Below, in pieces: positions 28,135 through 36,566 of a stretch of DNA of 64,000 bases. Position numbers and translations under genes: made by a program. Numbering within the stretch: the first letter of the stretch is position 1; each line of letters starts with the position of its first letter. Under the pieces are notes generated by a model that was given only the letters and a program-made list of their open reading frames with translations, had not been told where the DNA came from and ran no database searches. This stretch comes from Elusimicrobiales bacterium (GTDB lineage Bacteria > Elusimicrobiota > Elusimicrobia > Elusimicrobiales > UBA9959): assembly GCA_049972095.1 (NCBI GenBank), contig JBMFKQ010000002.1, positions 3,578 through 67,577 of the forward strand, in the 5' to 3' direction.

Positions 28135-30633
28135 ATGAAGATTTCTAAGATTTCTTATGATTTGATGAGATTTATTTGTGTAATTCTTTTTTTTGTCTCT
28201 CCTCTTCTTTTTTTTACAAACCTAACAAGAAACCCATATTTTTTTCAGATAGCGCTTATAAATGTATCTATAGCAATATGCTGCATTGTTATGCTTGTAG
28301 AGCTCTTTAAACAAAGGTATATACTTCTTCACCTAAGCCCTTTTCACTTTATATTTGCTGGCATTATCCTTGTGTTTTTTATAACAAGCATTTATGGATA
28401 TCTTCTTCATCTCGATTTTTTTAGACAAGCCATTATTAATGAAAACAAAAGAATATGGTTTTATACAATCTTCAATGCATTTATTCCCTTTTTTCTTGCC
28501 TCTCAGATAAGCTGTGATGAAAAAAAGAATAATAGTTTTCCATACTCTTTACTCTTTGTTTTTTTGTGGGGTATATCATGGTTTTTTTTCAAGATATTTA
28601 AAACGGCACATCCTTTTTTTGATCTGTATGGAATTTTTTTGTGGTTATGGGGGGGGTTGTATGTTTTTTCAAAAACTGAGCTTGATTTTAGGAGTATTAT
28701 ACACATTGCAATGCTTTCTGGATTTTATGCCTCGGTCTATGGAGTTCTTCAGTATTTTGGGCTTGAGATAATATGGGATAAGAATCTAACCCCTTATGGA
28801 AGAAGGGCTGTAACAACCTTTGGAAATCCAAACTTTGCATCATCGTATATGCTCATCCTTTTTCCTTTTGCTTTTTATTATTGGGTGATCTTAAAAGATA
28901 AAATCAGAAATATCTATTTTGCAATAATGTTTTCCTTTATATCTATGATATTTGCAAGCCTTACAAGATCAAGCATTATAGCTCTGGTATTTGAGATTGT
29001 GTTTTTAGTTTATTACTTTAAAAAGAAAAAAATTATTGCAGCCTCGGATTTTAAAAAATTTGTTGTCTTTTTAATTCTTCTATCTTTTTTCTGGCCTGAT
29101 CAGAGCCTTAATTTTTTTGGAAGTGGTGTTATTAAGAGATTTAAGGAGGCAATTGTCTTAAGTGTAAAACAGCCGAATATAAATGTCACAAGAGAGAATG
29201 TTTATCCATCTTTTCACCAACGGCTTCTTATATGGAGATGTGGGGTTGATATGTTTTTGGAAAATCCCTTAACCGGTAAAGGGTGGGGAAACTTTGAGCT
29301 TTTTTATCCTTTTTATCAGGGATGGTATTTGAGAGTTAATTCTATTTTAAAAAATCTAAGGACACATGCCAATAATGCTCACAATGAGGTAATTGAGATT
29401 TTATCTCAGACAGGAATTATTGGTTTTGGAGTAGTCATACTTTTTTTAGTTAGTCTTGGCTTTCATATATACAAAAATCTTTCAGATTCAAACAAACTAA
29501 TTATAATTATCTCAATCTCTATTGCTGCAATGATAATTGATAATATGCTTAATGTATCTATTCATTTTGCGGTGCCTGGGCTTCTCTTTTTCTCCCTTCT
29601 TGGTTCTCTTGTTTGGCATATATCATATAATAAAATGGTTAGATTTGAAAAATTCAGATATCTTTTCCCACTGATTATAATTGTAATGTTTTTTTATATA
29701 TTTAGCTGGATAAGGTATTTTAAAAGAGAGGTATGGTATTTTGCTGGATTTAAGGAGATGAGAAAAGGGAATTATATATCTGCAAAGATCTACCTTGAAA
29801 AAGCATTCTCGGCTCATCCTTATGAGGTTAATACTAACTATGAGCTTGCAAATTCCTATGTTAAGAATGGAGAGTTCAAAAAAGCCCTTGAAGCCTATTC
29901 CTATTCTTTAAAAGCAAATGCAGGTTATGATGAGATATATTTTAATATGGCAATTGTACAAAAAAATCTTGGTCTTTTTGAGGAGGCATTGAAAAACCTT
30001 AGAACCTCCATATGGATAAATCCAGGCAATGAAAAGGCCTACTATGCATATGCCGAAATAGCATCAAAAATGAATAATGCTGAGTCTTTAAATATCATTG
30101 AGGATGGTTGTAGAAATCATCCTGATGATGGATATATGTTGTGGCTTTGTGGTTATTTTAAAGAAAATGGAAAGAATATAGCTGAGGCTGAAAAATATTA
30201 TGCAGCTGCTGTGTTTTCTGATCCGGTTAATTCAGTTTATATTGAGTCTCTTAAAAAGATTAATCCAAAATCTTTTGCTATTGAGTTTTCTGATCTTTAT
30301 AGAAAGGCTGTTATTGAAAATAGCTATAATATAAAGACTGCTTTTAAGATTATTGCTGAGATTGAAAAGCATCCTTATAATTCATACAGATTAAAATATC
30401 TAAAAGCAAAACTGATGTATGATTCAGAAGATTATGAAAGAGCATTAACGCTTTTGAATGATTTAATATTAGAAAAGCCAGATTTTTACATTGCCTTAAA
30501 ATCCTTGGCACTTGTTTATGAGAAAATGGGAAAAAATGATCTTGCAATTCATTTTTATGAGAGATATCTTTCTTACAAACCTGATAGCCAGGATGTTAGA
30601 AGCAGAATAGATTTTTTAAAAAAAGTGAAATAA
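28135..30633 (+). CDS. Second Wzy_C-TPR membrane protein (tandem paralogue)
   Basis: 832 aa with the same architecture. Motif NPLTGKGWGNF....HANNAHNEVIEILSQTGIIG and a long C-terminal TPR array. The start is 1 nt after the upstream stop. Confidence 0.8.
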   Translation: MKISKISYDLMRFICVILFFVSPLLFFTNLTRNPYFFQIALINVSIAICCIVMLVELFKQRYILLHLSPFHFIFAGIILVFFITSIYGYLLHLDFFRQAIINENKRIWFYTIFNAFIPFFLASQISCDEKKNNSFPYSLLFVFLWGISWFFFKIFKTAHPFFDLYGIFLWLWGGLYVFSKTELDFRSIIHIAMLSGFYASVYGVLQYFGLEIIWDKNLTPYGRRAVTTFGNPNFASSYMLILFPFAFYYWVILKDKIRNIYFAIMFSFISMIFASLTRSSIIALVFEIVFLVYYFKKKKIIAASDFKKFVVFLILLSFFWPDQSLNFFGSGVIKRFKEAIVLSVKQPNINVTRENVYPSFHQRLLIWRCGVDMFLENPLTGKGWGNFELFYPFYQGWYLRVNSILKNLRTHANNAHNEVIEILSQTGIIGFGVVILFLVSLGFHIYKNLSDSNKLIIIISISIAAMIIDNMLNVSIHFAVPGLLFFSLLGSLVWHISYNKMVRFEKFRYLFPLIIIVMFFYIFSWIRYFKREVWYFAGFKEMRKGNYISAKIYLEKAFSAHPYEVNTNYELANSYVKNGEFKKALEAYSYSLKANAGYDEIYFNMAIVQKNLGLFEEALKNLRTSIWINPGNEKAYYAYAEIASKMNNAESLNIIEDGCRNHPDDGYMLWLCGYFKENGKNIAEAEKYYAAAVFSDPVNSVYIESLKKINPKSFAIEFSDLYRKAVIENSYNIKTAFKIIAEIEKHPYNSYRLKYLKAKLMYDSEDYERALTLLNDLILEKPDFYIALKSLALVYEKMGKNDLAIHFYERYLSYKPDSQDVRSRIDFLKKVK
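28649..28656 (+). repeat. G8 homopolymer inside the second Wzy_C-TPR gene
   Basis: Read directly as tta tgG GGG GGG ttg (codons W-G-G), preceded by a T7 run at 28634-28640. Confidence 0.95.
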
Positions 30634-30656
30634 AAATTTAATATAATTTAGTAATA

Positions 30657-32237
30657 ATGATTAGTATGAAAAGAAAAATAAAATATATTGTAATTATTGG
30701 AATGTTTTTGTTACCTAAACTTGTTGCTGGTGAGTATTCAAAACAGTTGCAGCAGGCTATACTTCTCTATCAGGAAGGGAAAAACACCGATGCGATGGAC
30801 AGATTTATGGATATTCTGGTTACAGGCAGTCCTGAGGAGAAGGCGATTGCAAGTGAATATATATCAAAGATAACACAAGGTATTCCACCGGATCAAAAAA
30901 AACAAAAATCTGATACAAATCTTATAGTAGTAAGCAAACAAATAAAGGATACAAAGGATAAGAATGATAAAAGTGATGAATCTATCTCTGAAACAACTGA
31001 TGCTGATTTGGTTTCTACGAAGGTTAGGGATAAAATTAAAGAGATCAGAGATAATATACTCCTTTCACTTTACAAGAAGGATTTTATAAAGCTTTATATG
31101 GATACTAACAATGAAAAACCAAACATCATACTTTTAAAAGAGGATAAGATTTTTAATGAGGATATGACTTTTAAAACAAACATTATAGAGGATCTTAAAA
31201 ATATTGCCGGACTTCTTGATACTCTTGGAAGGGTTACGATTACTATAATCCCAAACGGAGCTATAAGTGGGAATATGAAGATAGCAAATGTTAGAAAGGC
31301 AACAACGATACATTCGTATTTTCTTTCTCATGGACTTTCTCCTACGAAGGTTAGGCTGGATATGGTTGGAAGCTATTCGCAGTCCTCATTGTCAAAAAAG
31401 CTTGATGACTTTAATGGGATAGTTCTTGCTATAGATTATAACAAAGAACCCGAGGTTGTGGTTCCAGATTCACAGCTTCCTCAGGCTTATATAGCAGTTT
31501 ATCCAGATAAAATTGATGCTTCTAAAAATGAAGCATGCGTTGTAGATTTTGCGGTTCTAACGGGCAAAAATCCCATTGCCAGCTGGAAGCTTATTTTGAG
31601 TAGGAAGACAAAAACATCTTCATATGCTGTTCAAAAAATAGAGGATACCTCACCTATACATTCCCAGATTGTTTTTAATGGAAGAGAAAAATTTGTTGGC
31701 TCTCTATATGAGGCAGGTGAATATGAGTTTTCCCTTGAGGTCGCAGATACAAAAGGTAACAGTGCCAACGCAAGAAAAACTATATACCTTTCTTATACAC
31801 AAGCTCAAAGCCCTACATCTGATTTAGAGAAAACCAAAGCCTCACCCACTACTTTAGCTACAAAAGCAGTATCAACTTCAAAAACAACAATGACTTTAAA
31901 AGATAAAAAATCATCAAACTTAAAGAACAAACAACAGAAGATTCAAAAACTTTTCTGCAAGGTCTACTTCAAACCAAACACCTTTGAGATAACGAATTTG
32001 AGTATGGAGGGTCTTGAAAAGTTTGTAAGTGATGTCAAAAACTTTCCTAAATCCAAACTAATAATAACGGGATATGCGTATTCTAAAGAGCCAAAACCCA
32101 AAACAGTGGCTTATAGAAGAGCGAAGGTAGTCAAAAATCTTCTTGTTAAGAAATATAAGATAAAATCAACAAGAGTAAATATGCTTACAAAGGTTGTTAA
32201 TTTCAAAAAAGGGATTGTAGAAATAACTGTTAAATAA
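30657..32237 (+). CDS. Secreted protein with TPR-like N-terminus, two OmpA_C-like domains and a central Ig-like module
   Basis: 526 aa; the start may be Met-4 at 30666 (MKRKIKYIVIIGMFLL). OmpA-like segments are TFKTNIIEDLKNIAGLL..VTITIIPNG...NVRKATTIHSYFLSHGLSPTKVRL and VYFKPNTFEIT..GLEKFV..KLIITGYAYS...AYRRAKVVKNLLVKKYKI. First gene of the pilus-machine block. Confidence 0.6.
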   Translation: MISMKRKIKYIVIIGMFLLPKLVAGEYSKQLQQAILLYQEGKNTDAMDRFMDILVTGSPEEKAIASEYISKITQGIPPDQKKQKSDTNLIVVSKQIKDTKDKNDKSDESISETTDADLVSTKVRDKIKEIRDNILLSLYKKDFIKLYMDTNNEKPNIILLKEDKIFNEDMTFKTNIIEDLKNIAGLLDTLGRVTITIIPNGAISGNMKIANVRKATTIHSYFLSHGLSPTKVRLDMVGSYSQSSLSKKLDDFNGIVLAIDYNKEPEVVVPDSQLPQAYIAVYPDKIDASKNEACVVDFAVLTGKNPIASWKLILSRKTKTSSYAVQKIEDTSPIHSQIVFNGREKFVGSLYEAGEYEFSLEVADTKGNSANARKTIYLSYTQAQSPTSDLEKTKASPTTLATKAVSTSKTTMTLKDKKSSNLKNKQQKIQKLFCKVYFKPNTFEITNLSMEGLEKFVSDVKNFPKSKLIITGYAYSKEPKPKTVAYRRAKVVKNLLVKKYKIKSTRVNMLTKVVNFKKGIVEITVK

Positions 32238-32239
32238 TT

Positions 32240-33796
32240 ATGGCTGGCAAAAAAAAAAGATATATAGGAATATATATTGAATATAACAATATAAACATTT
32301 CTTATGCAAATATAAAAGATGCAAAGATTTCTATAAGCAATGTATTCAATATCCCTGTAGATTACAAAATAGAAGGGTTGATAAAGCCACTTTCAATAAA
32401 CTCAGATTTTTTTAATGAAAAACAAGAGTGGCTAAAAGCATTTAAAGAAACACTCAAAAAAATAAAAACGGAAACAAACTCAGTTATAATAACCCTTTCA
32501 CATAATTTTTCTATTACAAGATTTTTCACAATGCCTTTTATTGAACGAAAGTTCTGGCATAAAGCAGTTCCAATAGAATCCAAAAAATATATCCCTGTGG
32601 CTTTTGATGAGCTTGGTTACGATTTTTATGCATTTCCTGTTGGCGAGAACACACGACTCGGTGTTGTTTTTTCCGTAACTCATAAAAAAACAACAGAGTT
32701 CCTAAATCAGATCCTTAAAGAATGCGGCTTTATTCTTGAAGCAGTTGAGCCTGTATCACATTCCTATTATCGTTTTTCAGAATATGTAACAAGAGGAAGG
32801 GATAGTTATATTTTTATTTATGAAGATAATGATGAGTTTTATATATCTGTTTTATGGAATAAGATACCAATTCTTTTTAGATACATATCATTTTCAAAAG
32901 CTGCATCCTTCTCAGAAAGAAGAAGTTTAGATCTTAAAGGTTCAATAATGTTTCTTCAAAGAAACATTCCAAACAGTGAGATAAAAGAGGTTTATGCTTG
33001 TGCAAGAAATCAAGAGTTTATTACATCTCATGTTAAAAAAGAAATACAGATAGAGCCTAAAATTATTGATCTTAAAAATCTAATAGATTTGCAAAACACA
33101 TCTTTTGGACTTATAATGTCAGCATCATCATCACTCAATGAAGGTATAAAAACCGACTACATTATTGATATATCTGAGAATCAAAAAAACAAAAGGGCGA
33201 TTGCTATAGTCAATAGATTTGTTATTATACTTACAACAGCTATATCGCTTTTTTTCTTATTTCTTTATGCTATTAACACTCTAACTGCATATTTAAATAA
33301 GCGAAAGATATCCCAGTATTACTCTCAGATGCCTGGCATAAGCGAGTTTGAAGATGTCAATGCTTCTGGGATGGAGGATAAGATAAAACAGATATGTAAA
33401 ATAGCAAGGGTTATGAAAAGTGCATTTCAAAACCGAGACTACTTTACCCCAAAGCTTGCAGCCCTTGCTGATACCATACCAAAGGATATATGGCTCAAAA
33501 GCATAACCTATACTAATCCACCATCAATTGACCCTTCCGTCGCCTCGAATATTGATATGACAGTAGAAGGTGAGACATATCTTGTTGGAGATAGCAGATC
33601 ATATTATATGGATTATTTTATAAAGGAACTTAAAAAAAAGAAGGCTTTTGAAGTTTTTACTCCGCCACGAGGAAACCTTGATTATGAGGTTAAAAATCCT
33701 GAAAATCCTATAGGCTCATCATCATTAACAGAGATTTCTAAAGACTACAAAGGTTTGATAAGCAAGATAAAGATAACAGCAAGTGGGAAAAAGTGA
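32240..33796 (+). CDS. PilM-like actin-fold domain fused to a PilN-like TM/periplasmic domain (GspL-like architecture)
   Basis: 518 aa. The roughly 320-aa cytoplasmic part starts YIGIYIEYNNINISY. A single TM (FVIILTTAISLFFLFLYAI) follows, then about 170 aa periplasmic. Its position is immediately before the PilO-like gene. Confidence 0.55.
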   Translation: MAGKKKRYIGIYIEYNNINISYANIKDAKISISNVFNIPVDYKIEGLIKPLSINSDFFNEKQEWLKAFKETLKKIKTETNSVIITLSHNFSITRFFTMPFIERKFWHKAVPIESKKYIPVAFDELGYDFYAFPVGENTRLGVVFSVTHKKTTEFLNQILKECGFILEAVEPVSHSYYRFSEYVTRGRDSYIFIYEDNDEFYISVLWNKIPILFRYISFSKAASFSERRSLDLKGSIMFLQRNIPNSEIKEVYACARNQEFITSHVKKEIQIEPKIIDLKNLIDLQNTSFGLIMSASSSLNEGIKTDYIIDISENQKNKRAIAIVNRFVIILTTAISLFFLFLYAINTLTAYLNKRKISQYYSQMPGISEFEDVNASGMEDKIKQICKIARVMKSAFQNRDYFTPKLAALADTIPKDIWLKSITYTNPPSIDPSVASNIDMTVEGETYLVGDSRSYYMDYFIKELKKKKAFEVFTPPRGNLDYEVKNPENPIGSSSLTEISKDYKGLISKIKITASGKK

Positions 33797-34374
33797 TTAT
33801 GAATATCAAATTTTCAGAGATAAAGATCTATATTAAAAACTTATTTAGTGATATTCAGGCTGTTTATAATGAAAAGGGAGCTGAACCATTTAAAAAACCG
33901 CTTGTAATATCCCTGATAGTAATAATAGCTCTATATATACTTTATCACTCATCATCTTCAAGGCTTAGTGATATCAAAGATAGAATTAAATGGATAGAAT
34001 CTATTAAGGATTATTATAATGAATATACATCATCAAAGGAAACAATAAAAAGATATTCGTCAAAGGTTGCAGCATGGAAGGATAAGGATGATTTTTTAAA
34101 CTATACACTTACAAGCATAGCATCGAAAAATGGTATAGCCTTTTCATCTCTTGAAGCGCAAAAGGAAATGACTTTTGATAGAGTATATTATGTGACCAAA
34201 CAAGTTAAGTTTACAACCACATATGAGAAGATGATTAAATTTCTTGCAGAGATTGAAACATCAGAGCTTTTTTTAGAGATATCTCAGATAACAATAAGCA
34301 AAAAAGAAAGCCCTAGTCAGCTTGGTGAGGTTGATGTTGATTTGACGCTTGGAACTATTTTTATTAATCTATGA
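33793..34374 (+). CDS. PilO/GspM-like inner-membrane pilus alignment protein
   Basis: 193 aa. Short cytoplasmic N-terminus, one TM, a coiled segment, and a C-terminal pattern VKFTTTYEKMIKFLAEIETSELFLEISQITISKK typical of PilO. It has a 4-nt overlap with both neighbouring genes. Confidence 0.6.
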   Translation: MIMNIKFSEIKIYIKNLFSDIQAVYNEKGAEPFKKPLVISLIVIIALYILYHSSSSRLSDIKDRIKWIESIKDYYNEYTSSKETIKRYSSKVAAWKDKDDFLNYTLTSIASKNGIAFSSLEAQKEMTFDRVYYVTKQVKFTTTYEKMIKFLAEIETSELFLEISQITISKKESPSQLGEVDVDLTLGTIFINL

Positions 34375-34865
34375 GAATGAGAGAGATAATTACAATTATT
34401 GTTTTTTATCTTGTAATGGTAAACATCGTTGGATTGATAATATATAGTGATCTATTTGCTTCCAAAGAATTTAGAATGAGCGTTTCAGATACAGAAGGTT
34501 CTAATGTTAGTATATCTACGGCGACATTTTTTTTTCCTCAAAGCACAAGGAACCCCTTTTTAAGTCCTATGGATTATGAGATAATAAAAAAAATGGAAGA
34601 GGAGAAAAGAAAAAGGGATGAACTTTTAAAACGAATGGATGAAGAAAGCAAAAAAAACAAACCAACAAAAAAACAAGATCCTGTTGATGATTATATTAGG
34701 ACCATGAAACTTCAGGGTATTGTTGGAAGATATGCTATAATAAATGGAGTTATGGTTGAGGAAGGGAGATACTACACAAGAAAAAAAATACTTATAGAAA
34801 AAATTTTTTCAAATTATGTTATAATTAATTATAAAGGAAAAAGATACAAGCTTGTGATAAAATAA
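34371..34865 (+). CDS. PilP/GspC-like protein
   Basis: 164 aa with an N-terminal TM, an RNPF motif (compare the RDPF of PilP), a charged linker, and a C-terminal beta-domain LQGIVGRYAIINGVMVEEG....IEKIFSNYVIINYKGKRYKL. Confidence 0.5.
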   Translation: MRMREIITIIVFYLVMVNIVGLIIYSDLFASKEFRMSVSDTEGSNVSISTATFFFPQSTRNPFLSPMDYEIIKKMEEEKRKRDELLKRMDEESKKNKPTKKQDPVDDYIRTMKLQGIVGRYAIINGVMVEEGRYYTRKKILIEKIFSNYVIINYKGKRYKLVIK

Positions 34866-34875
34866 AGGAGGAGAG

Positions 34876-36564
34876 GTGTTTAAAAGCTATATAATGGTAG
34901 GATTAATGGTGTTTATTTTATCTTTTCCAGCGGCATCCCAACAGGATGAATTTGAGTCAGATCTTGGAGGACCCATCGTTGAAGATACTCAAGCACCAAC
35001 CCAGGTTCAAACACAATCCTCCCCTCAACTACCAGCAACTCCCATGAAGTCTGAGACGCAGGTAGAAACACCACTCTACGAAGAGGCAGAGGAGATATCA
35101 CCGCTTGATAGGAAGATAGGTCCTATAAGATTAAAAGGGGCAGCCTTGACAGCCTTTCTTGATATAATATCTCATCAGTCAGGTGTTAATTTCATAGTAA
35201 GTGATGATGTTGCAGCAAAACAGATCACCGTATTCTTAAGGAAAACAACTGTAAGAGAGGCTCTTGAAATACTTCTTAGAGTTAAGGGCTTAACATATCA
35301 AAGAATAGGAAAAAGCAATACATATATCATAATGAAAAGAACAGAAGCTCATCCAAATCTGGTAACAAAGATCTATACACTTAACTACATACCTCTTATT
35401 CCTCTGACAGAAAAGGATTCATCCTCAGGTTCTTCAATAACATCCATTCTTTCCAAAGGCTCATCAGAAAATGCTTTTAATATGCAGGGTTTACCTCAGT
35501 CCGGTGGTGCTGGAGGGGAAGAGGAATCCGGGATAACTATAATAAGTGTAATTAAAAGTGTTCTAAGCAAAAAATACGGCAAAATAGCCATAGATCCGCG
35601 AACCAACAGCATAATAGTAACTGATATACCTGAGGTATTTCCTCAGGTTGAGCAGATAATAGCAGAGCTTGATAAGAAAGCTCCTCAGATACTAATAGAG
35701 GCAAGAATAGTTGAAATAAATACAGACAGACTGAATGAGCTTGGGATTGAATGGGGAGGTCCAAGGGGTGAGATTGCTTATTTCGCAGGTCCTGCAAGGT
35801 TAACAGATTGGGGGCTTAGACCTGGATTTTTTAAAGGGGATAGCTGGAAATTTCTTTTTCCAAAAGCTCCTAGCATAGTAAATCTCGAGTCAAATGCATC
35901 AGAGGGTGGTGCTGGAGGAGGTGGCGGAGGCGGAGAGCAGGGGACAGGTGGTGGAACGATACACCCAATATTTGCCACAGCTAAGGCAAGTCCTCAAGGT
36001 GTTTTTTATGGAGTTTTCAGTCTTGCTCAGCTTCAAGCAATATTTAGGGCTCTTGTTTCAAGAGGTGAGGCAAGATATTTAGGAACACCAAAGATTGTTG
36101 CAATGAACAATAAAACCTCTTATATAACAATATCCAGGGATGCAGCTGTTGCAACCCAAACCACTGTTGTATCCGCTGGTGGTTCTGCTGGTTCATCATC
36201 AACCGGTGTTGAAAGGGCCCCGGTCGGGCTTTTGCTAAAGGTAACTCCTCAGGTTAATAAAGAGGGCTACATAACAATGCTTGTTCAGCCTCAATATTCT
36301 GATATAACCTCCTCAGCTATAACGATACAAGGACAAAATGTTCTTGATCCAATATCAAGAGGTGCAATGACTATGGTAAGGGTTAAAAATGGTCAGACTG
36401 TTGTTATAGGTGGTATGCTTTCATCAACAGAACAAAAGATCGTCAAAAAGGTGCCACTTTTTGGATATATACCAGTCATTGGATGGTTTTTTACATCAAC
36501 AAGTATCAGAAGGACTAACACCGACCTTGTTATATTCTTAACACCAACAATACTTGTTGACTAA
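34876..36564 (+). CDS. Secretin (PilQ/GspD family)
   Basis: GTG start 5 nt after AAGGAGGAG, followed by a signal peptide. N0/STN-like LKGAALTAFLDIISHQSGVNFIV, an N1-type domain, and a C-terminal secretin core ending VPLFGYIPVIGWFF....TDLVIFLTPTIL. Confidence 0.9.
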   Translation: MFKSYIMVGLMVFILSFPAASQQDEFESDLGGPIVEDTQAPTQVQTQSSPQLPATPMKSETQVETPLYEEAEEISPLDRKIGPIRLKGAALTAFLDIISHQSGVNFIVSDDVAAKQITVFLRKTTVREALEILLRVKGLTYQRIGKSNTYIIMKRTEAHPNLVTKIYTLNYIPLIPLTEKDSSSGSSITSILSKGSSENAFNMQGLPQSGGAGGEEESGITIISVIKSVLSKKYGKIAIDPRTNSIIVTDIPEVFPQVEQIIAELDKKAPQILIEARIVEINTDRLNELGIEWGGPRGEIAYFAGPARLTDWGLRPGFFKGDSWKFLFPKAPSIVNLESNASEGGAGGGGGGGEQGTGGGTIHPIFATAKASPQGVFYGVFSLAQLQAIFRALVSRGEARYLGTPKIVAMNNKTSYITISRDAAVATQTTVVSAGGSAGSSSTGVERAPVGLLLKVTPQVNKEGYITMLVQPQYSDITSSAITIQGQNVLDPISRGAMTMVRVKNGQTVVIGGMLSSTEQKIVKKVPLFGYIPVIGWFFTSTSIRRTNTDLVIFLTPTILVD

Positions 36565-36566
36565 AA

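Noticed and set aside
32249-32258. A10 run at codons 4-7 of the PilM::PilN gene as a phase-variation switch
   Set aside because: Long A/T runs encoding Lys (or Phe) stretches are frequent throughout this AT-rich window, for example a T9 (minus-strand A9) run in uvrA at 44992-45000 and an A9 at 61585-61593. The tract is therefore not compositionally exceptional, unlike the G8 runs. It is mentioned only under the fusion finding.
35778-35978. 66-aa minus-strand ORF with a PPPPPPPAPP stretch
   Set aside because: It is the mirror image of the GGN-rich glycine insert of the secretin gene and is a shadow ORF.
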